DNA from: Eledone cirrhosa
Taxonomy: Eukaryota
Length of the DNA stretch: 64,000 bases
NCBI GenBank assembly: GCA_964016885.1
Contig: OZ024743.1
Coordinates: forward strand, 192,138,001-192,202,000
Direction: 5' to 3'
Part shown: in pieces, positions 1 through 13,117 of the stretch
How positions within the stretch are numbered: position 1 is the stretch's first letter
How the letters are laid out: each line of letters begins with the position of its first letter
The notes under the pieces: generated by a model
Databases searched by the model: none
What the model was told of the DNA's origin: nothing
Seen by the model: the letters and a program-made list of their open reading frames with translations, nothing else
Position numbers and translations under genes: made by a program

Positions 1-430
1 CTTCTTCATTCACTTATCACTTATTCCTGGGAGGGTCGTGGGGGAAGAGTGGTCAAACACTCCTTCCAGTAGGTCATGTTAGAAGCTACTGTCTCTAATT
101 GGTCTGACTGGATCTCTAAGCAAGACCAGCTAAGTCCATAAATCGTATCCAACCATATTGTTTGGGGTCTACTCCAGGGTCTCCTGCTGGTTAGTTTTGC
201 CCATAAAATCTGTCCAGCAATTCTTTCCTGAAACATTCTAACCACATGTCTATAATATCGGAGCAGTGATCTCTCAATTCGGAGGAGTAGCGGCTCCACC
301 TGGAGAGACTCTCTGATTTCCAAGTTACAAACTCTATCAAGTAACATTACTACAAATACCATTCAGCGGAACACTATTTCACCCACTTGTATTCACAATC
401 ATATTCTTTCCGTCATTACCCAAGATTCAC
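1..430 (-). mobile_element. Degenerate LINE (RTE-like) ORF 3' fragment
   Basis: ORF 21..362 (EIRESLQVEPLLLRIERSLLRYYRHVVRM...RRPWSRPQTIW) is typical of the RTE C-terminal region. Confidence 0.65.
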
Positions 431-599
431 AACCATTCTAAGATATTATGTGTCTTGAGAAACAACAAAAGAAATACTTAATAAAATACATCGCTACTTT
501 GTTATAATTTACCTGCAGAAAAACATTGACAAAGTACCCTATTCTGTAGCTTTCCCTTCAGTTTCAGTGACACTTCCCCCCTCATTAATATGCCACTCA

Positions 600-880
600 G
601 TTCCTGAAACTTCCTTCATGCACTTCTCACTCTAGCCATTGTCACCGAGTCTGATCTCCTTTCTCCATTCAACATGCATCTCACATAACAAAATGTCTTC
701 ACACCTATCTTCATGCCATTTCCAAGATGCATCTCAACATCCTCTCCATCTGCATCTCCCACCATACATACTTTATATTTAAATGTATCCGCCTCATTAT
801 CTAATAATTCTCTCTCACTACTACATTTTCCATGTACCCACCAAGTGCATATTGCAGATTTAAAAGAGTTCAATCTAACA
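600..880 (-). mobile_element. Degenerate RTE LINE fragment with PHD-like remnant
   Basis: NSFKSAICTWWVHGKCS...YKVCMVC and VKTFCY...ARVRSA resemble the corresponding region of the intact RTE copies. Confidence 0.55.
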
Positions 881-3095
881 CACTTCCTGCATACAACACA
901 TAACCACCTTCCTGTTTATTCTACCTTACCACTGAAGGGAAAGGTTGAGCAGCAGAAGAGGCGGGAAAGAATTGTTTTAATATCACAAAGAGAAGACAAA
1001 TAATGAATTGCAGAGGTAGATGAGAATAAACCCAGTCATGAATGTTGTGAAGAGAAATGGAATGAAATGGTTAGGTCATGTACTGAGGAAGGATGAAAGT
1101 AATTGGGTGAGAGGAGTAATGGAAATGGTGTGGAAGAAAGTAGAAGGGGAAGATCAATGAAAGCTGCTAGGGCGTTGGTGAGAGGGGATACAGAGGACAG
1201 GGCAAAATGAAAAAGCCGTTCATGGGGCACTCAAGGTTAATCCCTGCTTTAGCAGAAAATTACCTGAAAAGGCTTGCTTTTTCTGTGTTGTATACTATTC
1301 TGTAGCTTTTGATCAATGAGACAGTTTGGTAAAGGTGAAACTTTTATGACCTAGTAAGGCTACACAAAATAATATATGCAGCTCTCTATCCAAATACATA
1401 TGTGCAATTCTCTATCCCCACTATCACACCTCTAGGAAGAGCTTTCTTATCAATTCACAAGCTTTGTTACAAGAAACAGACTTTCATTAATCACTACTTT
1501 TATCCAGCCCCTCCATATGTTTTAGCTGAGATAGTCACACAACTTATAAGCAATAGCATTTCCCTCTTGGAGACAATTTAAAATTAACTATAGAAACATT
1601 CAATATGTACACTGCCAACATACATAATCAGGGGATATATTCAAGTCAATATTAACTGAAATGCTAATGAATGAAAACAAAAGACAAAATGTATTCAGTA
1701 TGTGAATATAATTTCTAGTAACCATTAAAGTTACCAATATCTTAAATAAGCAGTATTTTATCGTTAATAATATATTCAAGAAGATATTTGAATTATATTT
1801 CATTTTTGCACAACTGATTTTCTTTCTTTTTTTCAGTTTACCTAACTAATTTAATTTTACATATAACTCACAGTTTATCACCTATCATATGTCAATATGA
1901 TTTTTAAAAGGAGAAAAAATATGTACATTTATTTTATTTAGCAATGATTTATAAAATGATTCTGACTTCTTAGCAATATAAAATGATTCTGACTTCTTAG
2001 CAAAGCACTGAATCAAACAAATTAGCTGGTCTTTTGAATTACAGGCACAACTCATTTTTGACAGCAGAGTGGAATGGAACAATGTGATTTAAAGTGTCTT
2101 GCTCAAATACACAACGCACTGCTGGAAATCAAATTTGGGACCTGACAAGCTTGAGCCAAAAACCATAACCACTAAACCATGTGCCTTCACAATGATAGTA
2201 ATAGTGTACAAAATTTCTAGTATTAAGAGAATATGGCTAACCAACTTACCTTCTTCCATCCTAAACCCGAAGAAGCAGAGTGTTACAACACTCATATCCC
2301 ATCTCCCACACTCCAGTACACTCCTGACATTCCTGTCAGCATCCCACTGAACACCTTCTCCACCATAAACCCAAAGAAGCAAAGAGATAGAACAACTCTC
2401 AGGTCCTCACCTGACAATATACTCCTGACTTCATCACCCAACCCATGCTAGCATGGAAATCTATTGACTGATTCACCTATACCCCCAACACTCTCCTAAC
2501 CCAAGAAAGCATGGCACACTCCCAAAATGACAGCCACCACCTAACACATTCCCTAAGCAGTATATAAATGCCCCCCTTTTAGGCCACAAAGGGAAACTAT
2601 GCACCAACTTGACCTCCTTCACTCCAGCAATGAAACACTGGACCGCAGCCTTCTCCCTTCCCTCCCCCAGCATGACTATAGTGCTGTAATAAAATAGTGC
2701 TTGTGTCACTATAAAAGCACACAGTCCACCTTGTAAGTAGGTAGTATTGGTGCCATGACAAGAAGCACACAACCCACCCTGTAAGATGATAGTGACTGAG
2801 TCAGGATAAAATGTTTCCAGTACAATCTGTAAAGTGGTTGATGTTAGGAAGAGCATTTAGCTGTAGAAACCAAGCCAAAACAAAGTACATGCTGTAAAGT
2901 TGTTGGCATTAAGAAGGGCATCCAGCCATAGAAACTAAGCCAAAAGCATACAAGCAGGACCTAGTCACTTGACAACTGTCTAACCCATGCAAGTATGGAA
3001 AATAGATGTTAAATGGCAATGATGATGGCTAGTTCTCTGAAAGTGACCACAATGTTAGTAGAAATCATGCAGCATAAAATATTTGTAGAACTTAC

Positions 3096-3239
3096 GAGAC
3101 AGAGAATAATGTTCTGTGACGTTACCACCAGTAGACTGCAATCAATTTTCTTTCTAATTTTCTCTTTTACTTTATATCTCATATCATTAGGCTCGTTACT
3201 ATACAATTCATAGATGACAATTTTATCAGGAAGTTGGAC
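3096..3239 (-). CDS. IFT122: IFT122 internal coding exon ([48 protein letters not shown])
   Basis: ttaccag|GTCCAA...CTC|gtaagt. 144 nt, phase 0/0. Matches IQLPEKILIYELYS..MHYRVKEKI..CNLLVV..IILC. Confidence 0.93.
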
Positions 3240-4088
3240 CTGGTAAGATGAAATAAATCAAATTAAAATTTAATAACTATCTCAATGATAGAGTTCAATA
3301 GATATTTCAAAGGAATAACCTGTGGATGATAAATATGAAATAAAGATTGAAAGGGATTAGCAATTAGTATATATACAAAACACAGTAGAACCAAAATAAA
3401 TAAAGCAGTTCATGAGATGTGTTACGTGGTGAATCTAAAAGAAAAATAATATAGCTCCCCTCCCACCAAAAAAAGACTAGAATGAGACGTTGCTAAGTTA
3501 GTATGAAAAAATATAGCCAAGAAGGATTGTTTTAACTAAATGCAAGACAAAATCAGAATAATAATATATTTAAGCACATATAGCAAAGAATAGGAGAAAA
3601 CAATCGAGAAATACTTATTTAAAAGACTTCTTTTCTTTCTGCACACTTACTTGCTAGACTAGCATGAGTGTGATGAATAGCTTTTGCCGTATTTGACCAC
3701 ACTAATGAGTGAGAAAATTAACATAGATCTATCATTAATATTTTAAAATATGTTGTTTCCAAGCTAACATAAGAGAGAAAGTTTCTACTGACATAGTGGT
3801 TTTACTAACAACTCAATCATGAAATAGGAGAGAAATTTGCTGTCATGCAGACAAACTGAATAGAGAAAGTTAGGTACCTTGCCCAAAGATACAACTCAGT
3901 GACTAAATCATGACCATGTGGTCAATTGTCATCATAACTAGATCAACTCAAGGAGATTTATGGAAACTTCAATATGTTCTTGGAGTGAGTCATTTACTCT
4001 GCTATACAGTGCCTGGTCTGTTTACTGTATGAGTAGCAGTCAGAGCAGGTTAAGTCTATTTGTTCTCCAGTCTGTTTTTAAACATTAA

Positions 4089-4254
4089 CTCTTTAGCATT
4101 TATATCTGGCCAGAATGCTTTCACCTCTTTCTGTTCTCAAAATAAATAATATCACAATCACATAGATTTGATACTATGTGAGATAATTATGTGAAATAAA
4201 GTGTTTACCATGAAACTACAATAGTAAATATAGAGTAATGTAAATGCTAAAGGG
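4089..4254. mobile_element. piggyBac-type MITE
   Basis: TTAA|CTCTTTAGCATTTA ... TAAATGCTAAAGGG|TTAA. Related copies at 7908-8125 and 44794-45012. Confidence 0.8.
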
Positions 4255-4334
4255 TTAAAGAAACTGGTACAGACTCTAGTACAGACTAACACAGAGATCA
4301 GCAGAGTTGGATCAATAATTATGCAAAAGTTTAA

Positions 4335-5200
4335 CCCTTTAGTGTTCAAACTGCCCGAAATCGCCCAAAATTATTTCCCCTTCATTTGTTCAAACCACCC
4401 GAAAACACCCACACTAAAAGTTTGTTCTAAAAATAAACAAACCATCATCAAAGTCTCGTCAATTCGAGACTGCTGCGAGATTAGGCCCTTACCGCGAAAA
4501 TTAACACTTAATATAGTGGAACAACTTAAAACAACAAGTGTTTTTTTAACTTTGAAAGTGCAACAAATTTTTTTTTTGTATCAACATGGCTTATGAAAGT
4601 AGCGATACCGACTTTGAAGGTTTTACACACAATGACATTCAGAATAAACAAGAAACAAAAGATAATATTAGTGGTTTATCTTCAAATGAATCTGATGTTT
4701 ATATTTCTGAAATTTCGTCCGACGATGATTGTTGTTTTGAAAGTGAAAACGAAGGAGGTCTCCAGGGCGCCATTGAAAATATTACAGCAACGTGGTTGAA
4801 AAATACCACACTAATATATGTTCCTGATTTTACTCAAAATACTGGTCCACAACACACATTAGCTCCCGATGCTAAAGCACTGGATCATTTCTTTTTGTTT
4901 TTACCACAAACTTTCTTCGAAGTTGTGGCAGAAGAGATTAATCAATATACCCAACAACAGATTTCAAGTCAAGGAAAACCTGATCTGTTTGGCGACCGAC
5001 AGATGCTGTGGAAATGCAAGCATTTTTTATCGTAAATATTATGTTCGGTATAAAACAATTTCCAAAACTGTGGAATTACTGGAACACTGATATAAGGTTT
5101 AGTGATTCTTATATATCAAGTATTATGCCGAAAACAACGTATTTAAAATTAAACCAGTATTTGCACCTGGTTGATACTTCAAATGCCCCTATTAATTAAT
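4335..5200 (+). mobile_element. 3'-truncated, frameshifted piggyBac transposon (PGBD4-like transposase remnant)
   Basis: TTAA|CCCTTTAG left end. Acidic N-terminus, then FFLFLPQTFFEVVAEEINQY (4586-5035) and EMQAFF..MFGIKQFPKLWNYWNT..IMPKTTYLKLNQYLHL (5008-5199), typical of DDE_Tnp_1_7. Confidence 0.82.
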
Positions 5201-5370
5201 TTCACCTGCCCATAAAAGTCAAATTTAACCAAAAAAATCAGGTAAAATTATATAATTGTAAATTATTGATATTTAAACATCTACTGACAAAATTTCAAGT
5301 CTGCACATAGAAAATTAAGAAAATTACAAACAAATAAAATTGATAACCCTTTTGAGTATGATTAACTGAA

Positions 5371-5760
5371 AATAATTGTTTCTACTTTTGGCAACAAGGC
5401 CAGCAATTATCCCAGTGCATTACTGGTACTTTATTTTATCGACCCCGTAAGGATGAAAGGCAAAGTTAACCTCGGCGGGATTTGAACTCAGATCATGAAA
5501 GGACATAACTCTATGCTTCAAAGCATGGTGTCCGACTTTCTACCGATACTGCCAATCCACCGCCCTAAAAATAATTGTTTCTACTTTAGGCACAAGGCCA
5601 GCAATTACTCAGTGCATTACTGGTACTTCATTTTATCGACCCCGTAAGGATGAAAGGTAAAGTCAACCTCGGCGGGATTTGAACTCAGATCGTAAAGGGA
5701 CGTAACTATGCTGGAAAGCATGGCGTCCGACCCTCTACCGATACTGCCAATCCACCGTAA
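5371..5760 (-). mobile_element. Two tandem copies of a young tRNA-derived SINE
   Basis: Two ~195-bp near-identical units. Minus-strand head GGTGGATTGGCAGTATCGGTAGA...GAGTTCAAATCCCGCC (A/B-box-like). AAAATAAT lies at all three junctions. Confidence 0.8.
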
Positions 5761-6091
5761 AAATAATGCGAACAGATAAGCATGATGTTTGTAAATTAAT
5801 GCGAATGGTTGAAGAAATAACAAGTGAAATTCTATGTAGTCACTCAGAACCTTCTCATCATTATTATTGTCTTTAAGTCCACTTTTCCATGCTGGCATGG
5901 GTGGATGGGATGTTTTTAGACAATATTTTACAGCCAGATACCCTTCCTGACACCAATCCTTTCAGTTGTCTCTACAATACACAGAGATAAGGTGTACCTA
6001 TTCTAAAAACCAGGATACATATGGCAATTGTAACAATGAAATCTTTAACCATCTTCCTCTCATTTCTGAAAATGGGATATACATAAGATCA

Positions 6092-6281
6092 ATAATTGTT
6101 TCTATTTTAGGCACAAGGCCAGCAATTAACCAGTACATTACTGGTACTTTATTTTATCGACCCCGTAAGGATGAAAGGCAAAGTTAACCTTGGCGGGATT
6201 TGAACGCAGATCATAAAGGGACATAACTCTATGCTTCAAAGCATGGTGTCCAACTCTCTACCGATACTGCCAATCCACCGT
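6092..6281 (-). mobile_element. SINE, same family as 5371-5760
   Basis: Near-identical sequence. Further full or partial copies near 13410-13610, 14060-14155, 22610-22745, 30625-30890, 40693-40912, 44740-45175, 48163-48222, 50900-51040 and 51525-51715. Confidence 0.8.
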
Positions 6282-7154
6282 GGGGCAATATATTTACAAT
6301 GCAAATGAAATAGCCATAACTAAATCAATAACCAAAATTTAGGGTCAAAATAATCAATTAAATTAATTTCACAATCATTGTGCTTCAAAAAACAAAAGGA
6401 AATAAAATAAATGTGAATATATAATGAAGCAACTGTAATGTCAAATATAATAATTTCTAACATTGTTACAAGACCAGATTTGCAAAGGAGGTATAGTTAA
6501 TTAAATTGTTCTCAGTACTTAACTGATACTCGGTAGAACAGGTACTCAGTAGTATTCAAACTCGGAATGTTAAAGACCATTGCTTAATCCATTATGTGAT
6601 ACATCATTCTTATAATGACAATCATAATATAACTGCTTTTACCAAAGCAATGGACCAGAGGTAATTTCTGCTGTCATTTCCCTTGAAGGCTACATGAGAA
6701 CTTTTAATTCTCCACCCCATCCCACTGCCTCGAATGCATTCAGATTGATTAACTTTTGAGCTTTCAAAGAGTTTTCATTTCCTAATAAAAGCATCTACCA
6801 ATAATAACATTATTCCAAATAGAAAATATAAGACGCAAACTAAAATTACCACATCATTGTATTAGAGGAAAGAAATTACATTTACAAAACCTTGCTAGAA
6901 CCCATATAAAAGTATTTAAATTCCATCCATCCAATAGTTCGGTAAGAAAACCATTCCTTTCTATAGTAATACTGTTAAATTGATGCATTTCCTGGATTCA
7001 AATAAAGACTGCACTTTTCTAAAACATGAAGCAAGATTACCAAGCAATAGAACACTTCCTTGACAAAACCAGTGTCGTTAAATTCAATAAACAGTGCCTT
7101 ATGTAATTTCTTTTACAAAATATTGGTTCAGTTATCTAAAAAGGCCAAACTTAC

Positions 7155-7213
7155 AGCTAGTCTCTGGTGATAAACGGCAATCTTTTTCACTGCATCACGA
7201 CATTTAATTCTTA
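7155..7213 (-). CDS. IFT122: IFT122 internal coding exon ((V)RIKCRDAVKKIAVYHQRLA)
   Basis: tttgcag|TAAGA...GCT|gtaagt. 59 nt completing the phase-1 codon. Matches [20 protein letters not shown]. Confidence 0.92.
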
Positions 7214-7907
7214 CTGCAAAGATAAAACAACAATAGCTATAAAAAAATGTTCTTTAAAACACAGGAAGGAAAACAAAAGAGACATATAGTAAACGTTAAT
7301 CTGTAAGTAAAAATATTTTATCTTATAATGAAATGCTTCATCCTTTTGCAATAAAGGATGAATCTAATAGACACAAGATAGTTGATTGGAATATTTTGTA
7401 AGTCTTAAACACTGAATAAATGTTGGTTCTAGATGAGTCTGTTAGGAAATAAGTAAAAACATACCAGCACTGATAATAGCTAGAATATTGAGTTAGAGAA
7501 TGTTATTGAAATTTGTGGCAGTTGAAATTAAAGCAAACCAAATATACATATAGAGTTAACAGAAGAATCTATATACAAAGAAATGCCAATGTAATTGACC
7601 ATATAACCCAAAGTATGAGGGGGAAAGTTTAAAACAGTAATGATGGTAAAGATTATTATATTGGTAATGGAGACAATGATTTTAATGATCATGTAGTAGG
7701 TGAAAGTTATATCATTGTTATTGTTGTGTATCTCAGGTGAGCTCCAGAGAAAACAACTACTACATATAGTTTCAAAATATTGAATAACCATGGCACTGTC
7801 TAGCTTAGTTGCTGGACCTTCATCATTTCCAACGACAAGTGTTTTAGTTGATTCAATCAACAGGACTGCTTGCTTGTGAAACTAACATGTAAGTAGTTGA
7901 ACATTAA

Positions 7908-8125
7908 TCCTTTACCATTTACATTACTCTATATATACTACTGTATTTTCATGGTAAACACTTTATTTCACATAATTATTTCACATAATATCGAATCTAT
8001 GAGATTTTGACATTTATTTTGAGAGCAATACCTTAAAATAAGTATGAACAGCCAGTCACAGCTGGTTTGAAAAGAAAGAGGTGAGAGAATTATGGCTGGA
8101 TATGGCCGGTTTAGATGCTAAAGGG
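7908..8125. mobile_element. piggyBac-type MITE nested in an older repeat
   Basis: TTAA|TCCTTTACCATTTA...TAGATGCTAAAGGG|TTAA. The flanks rejoin into the repeat seen uninterrupted near 12150-12270. Confidence 0.75.
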
Positions 8126-8529
8126 TTAAATAGACACATGCACCCTTAATATAGTTCTCGAAGAGATTCAGCATGTCACAATGTGTTACAAGGCTTACCC
8201 ATTGAATTACACATACAATAGATATTTGCCGGCTGAGCAAACTGAAGCAACCTGAAATAAAGACACGATGCACTACCCATTTCAAAAATTGAACTCATAA
8301 CCTTACAATCAGGAGCTGAACACCCTAACCACTATGCCCCATGCCATCACTTTCCAGCTTTGAAATAAGCTATACCTACTATATTCCTCTTCATTCAACC
8401 AAATTGCTAAAAACATGCTAACTGCTTACCTGCTTTGTTCACCAACACCTCTCATCATTAGCCATTTCTACTTTGTCACATGTATACCTTGTACTGTTTT
8501 CTTCTGTTATAAGTGTACTTACTCTAGGT

Positions 8530-8796
8530 CAGAGGTTCTCAAACCTTTTGGACCATCACCGCACTCACAGCCATGTAATACCCTCAGCACTGATCCCCTA
8601 ACCCTATTTCCAGATAGACTTGCCTACTCGCAAATTGTAAATAATATATAATAAATAATATAATACATACCATCATTTGATATTTAATATACTATTATTT
8701 CATCTATACTGTCTCCAACTGCCCCCTTGGGCCCCAGCATCCCCTGGACCTTCTCAATCCTCGCTTTGGAAAAGCACCCACTTTAGAGAACCTCTG
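8530..8796. mobile_element. hAT (Charlie-like) MITE
   Basis: TIRs CAGAGGTTCTCAAA / TTTAGAGAACCTCTG with a perfect 8-bp TSD CTCTAGGT (8522-8529, 8797-8804). Confidence 0.88.
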
Positions 8797-10551
8797 CTCT
8801 AGGTGACATTTGGTGTTTATCGATATCCATATTATGAATTTTGCATGTGAATGTACTAAGTTCACAGGGTCTCATGACATCCCTTCTTTCTAATCATGCA
8901 CACACTCATCCAACCATCCATACATACACAAAGACAATGAGAAGTAAACTAGAAGACTTTTTTTTTTCTATGTATTGACTTTAATGAGTAACATGTGTCC
9001 TTAGCACTGCAAGCCAGCATAACACTCATCAATACTACAGTGTTCCCCCTACAAAAATTATACCACAAATGATATAAAAATATATATAACTGATCACTGA
9101 GAGTTAAATGCCTTAGCCATAGACACAATACAGCAGTGATGAAAGGATATCAACTGCAGATTCCAAGTCAAGTTGTCTCATAACTTTAAACTTGACAATT
9201 CAGAAAGATTTATTTCTCATTCACTTAATGCTTAGGAATTAGAATTGAACACCTGTCCTATTGATCTTTGTAATTCTGTAAGGATTAGCTTTCAGCTTTA
9301 AATCTTTCTGACAATACAATAAGAGAAATGGTAATGGTTACGAACTATGTAACATTCCTAATTCTGGTACTGAAGCAGAACACTAATTTAAGAACTCAGA
9401 ATTTATACCTTAAAACTACACAATTTTACTCTTATTTCATCATCACACCAGCTGACCTTTCAGATTCAATCTCATTCATCTAGATTGTAAGTTATATATG
9501 AGAAACTATGGTTAATTGGCTGAAGTGCTTTGTTTGTGAGCAATGATTTATAAGTTTGTATCTTCATTAGAATGCTGCCTAAAACAAGGCAATTTAAATT
9601 TACTAGTTTCAATCTTGTTGCGAGAGAGAATCAGAGATAAAGTACTCTATACAGAAACAATGAATACATGAATACGTTAAGATGTCTAAACTGGTTATTG
9701 TTGTTTTGCAGATCCAATAAACAATGGAGTTGATATGTAGCACTTGAAACAACTCTTAATTTTACCTCAACAAACATAATCATTTATGTTTGTTAAACAC
9801 AGAAAGATTTAAAATTTGATCAGTGAAGTGAAACATAGAGCTGGTCATCATTTATCTTGATCAGTTCAGTACTTTTCTACTGAACCACTATTCTGACCAC
9901 TATAGCTGAAATAATAATAGAAAAAAATTCTCTATGCTATGAGTGAAAGAATTGTTTTTCATTAAAAGTTACAACTTGTGATCATAAAAGTTTAACTAAC
10001 TGCATGATAGCTGGGAAAGGACTAAAACGTTAATCAGTGCCTACAAGAAATACTACAAAGATAATAAGGCCATTCAATATTTAATGTATGATGCATGCCA
10101 AGAGATATATATTAGTAGATAGTAGCTAGAAGAAATAGACTAAAGACCATGATAGTAAGATTATGCCAATGATAACAGTGAGGGTCAGTAACAAACACTA
10201 ATGGCAGTGGTAGTGGTAGTGGTGGTGATGGTTATAATGAAAATGTGTTGCTAACAAAAGCACAGCAAAGATAAATATTTGTGAAACAATAAGATATTAA
10301 ATTTTCAACATATAACATAGAAGAAATGTAAAGAAACAATTTCACAGATCCTTTATAGATGAACGTTTTCAAGAGTTAATAGTATATAGACAACAAAGAA
10401 TTAATTTTTTTTATTTTCCACACAATAAAATTACACAGAAACAAAAAAATCTCTTTTCATAACTATTCAAAAGTACTGTTTCAGTATGAAAATATATTGC
10501 CTGTGAAAAAAGTCATAAAACCACGAACAGATAAACTTATAGAATGTATAC

Positions 10552-10690
10552 CTTTTTCATTTGTCAAAAGATTTTGAATAATAACATCTGTCATATTATC
10601 TCGGTAGGCATATCGATCCTTGCATAAGCCATGTATAGTCGACATTGACACCTGGTAAAACCGTAAACTTCCTCCTTCGCAGCCAGTAAC
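10552..10690 (-). CDS. IFT122: IFT122 internal coding exon ([46 protein letters not shown] + 1 nt)
   Basis: ttctag|GTTACT...AAAG|gtatac. 139 nt ending in phase 1. [18 protein letters not shown] motif. Confidence 0.93.
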
Positions 10691-12909
10691 CTAGAAGCAC
10701 ATAAATAAAACAAGATGGAACTAAGATAAACAAACATTTATGAAAGATGACAATAAAAACACTAATTTACACAAGTCAGTGCTGTAAAAAAGAAGCTATA
10801 AAGATGGTAGGATATCTGTTATTTGTACCATAAAGAACAAAAAGAGATTGTTATGGAGTCATAAATTGAGAACATATTCAAACTATTTCAAAGTGTTTTT
10901 CTAAGATGGAAGATAAAGATACATTTCAAGAAGAGGCATGACCAATTTCAGATCTTTTTTCTTTTATTATCGGGTGTGGTAAAGTGAATAGATGGATAAG
11001 TTAGGTATTGAACAAATGGCACATATATCTCTATGCAAGAAACATTATTCCATAAAATTTGGTTGATTTAGGTGTCAGGAGCAGTTTTCAGGACTTCTAA
11101 AAATAAACTGACAGTATAAATTATGTATGATCAACAAACTAGTAGTTAGAGACATAAAATTCATCTTCTAATCGCTCATAGTCAATATATGGTAGTTGAA
11201 CCTGCTAAAAATAGCAACCAAATCTCCCTCAAATTACACCCTACCATGTTAGATGAGTAAAGGACTCATTAAAAACTACTGTTAAAGAAGTCAAGATGGT
11301 CACATCTGGAGCACCTTTGATCATAGGTCTGCTGAATTATAGATTACAGCAGACCTATGGCTAAACACAACAATGACTACAGCTTAGAAGAAACAAACAT
11401 GGAAGAATAATTAAAAAGTTTACTTTGAAAACATGAGGTCACAAGTTCGATTCCACTTCATGGCTCTTTGTGTGAATATATTATACCATAGACTTGAGTT
11501 GCTACAAGCCTTGTGTATGTTTTTTGAAAGAAAGCCTGTCTGTTTAGAAGCCTGTCAAATCAGGTGTTCCTGTAAATCAAAAGACCAGCCTTGCCACACT
11601 GTCACATTTGATTCTGTTTGGGGATTTCATTAATAGGTACATGTAACTACAGAACACTCTACACTCAATAAGTAGGTAGTCTCATTGATCAAACAATTGG
11701 AATATAAGTCATTAAAATCAATGAAAAATCACTTTACAGAATGATTGCATATCCTCATAATCATCATCAACATTTAACGTCCATTTTCCCTACTAGCAGG
11801 ATTAGACAGGTCGCCACAGACCAAGTCAGTACTCAAGCAGATCCACTGACCTTTATGAATGGCCAGGGACTTTAAGTTCCTGTGCTTTATAGAGTGCTCA
11901 GACAGACCAGAAGCCTGCATCTTGCTTACAAACATTCCAATGCGCTACTGAATACATTTTATCATGGTGCCTACACTATGGAGGTTGTCTTATCTTTGAT
12001 ACAGCTGAAAAGTCCAACAAATAAATTAATAAAGATTTACAGAGATCACCTAGCCATTGTAGATATGAACACAAAAGGAAAGCCATTTATATAGCCAATT
12101 CTATATCTTCTGTGAGGTGATGATGAATCTTTCCTCAGTTTTGATGATAAGCATTCAGATGTTCAATCAACTGAACAACTTATGCATTAAATTAACATGT
12201 ACATAGTTAAGTATTCTACAGAAATGTGTACCCTTAAAATAATTCTTAGGTAAAATTAGCCTGACACAATATGACATGATTAAAATTTCAGATACAATTT
12301 ATCTGAGGAGCTGTCCCCATCAATCCAATTTCACTCACAGGCTTGGATCAACATGGGGCTATAGCATAAAATACTTGCTCAAGATACCATACAGTGGAAC
12401 CAAACCTAGAACTTCAAGATTGCAAAGCAAACTTCTTAACCACTCAGCTATTCCTGCATCCACAACTATTTTCTCAACATTAACTGAAAAGCACCAGCAG
12501 ATTATAGTAAAAAGTTACCACGCAGATTAGAGTAAAAAGTTACCATTTAGTTTGCTTCCTAATTGTTGCCCACATATCTGAATTAAACTGTATCTAACAG
12601 AAAGAATTAAGGCTTGGAATTTGTCATTCTAATATTATGAATAAACAAAGCCTTCGACAAGAATAAAATTCCTACAACTGTACATGCTATCATGAAATAT
12701 AACTGCTGCTTATTGCCTAGTAAACAAATGAATGCTAACTAAATTGACTTTAAAAGGAAATAGAGATAATTGAAAGCTCATCCCAAAGTTACAATACAAC
12801 CAAAGAAAGAAATATATCTCTATAGAGCCAAACAAAAAAGCCTGTACAAGATCACCCAACCTGCAAAAAATAGCAATCATGCCTTCCTGTAATCAAATCA
12901 CAGTTTTAA

Positions 12910-13117
12910 CTCTTAACATCCTATAATGATTTAGCAGAAGATATCTAAAAACAGGTTTGTTAATTTAAATGTTTATAGTATCTCTACTAGTGGACAGATT
13001 GTTGTGAAAATTATTTGAGGAAAGACTAATTTTTAATGTGATGCAGTTATAGTGATGTTTTGTACATTTCAAGATTGTTTTACTAATGTGGTTTCATGTG
13101 GTACAAAATGTTAAGAG
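12910..13117. mobile_element. TTAA-flanked MITE (second piggyBac-type family)
   Basis: TTAA|CTCTTAACAT ... ATGTTAAGAG|TTAA, interrupting an older interspersed repeat. Confidence 0.6.

Noticed and set aside
5371-6281. CRISPR-like or other regular repeat array
   Set aside because: Units are ~195-bp SINE copies in a eukaryotic intron; no repeat-spacer structure or cas genes.
10540-10551. Possible U12-type intron donor (GTATAC...)
   Set aside because: It reads GTATACATTC, not the U12 consensus GTATCCTT; treated as a weak U2 donor.
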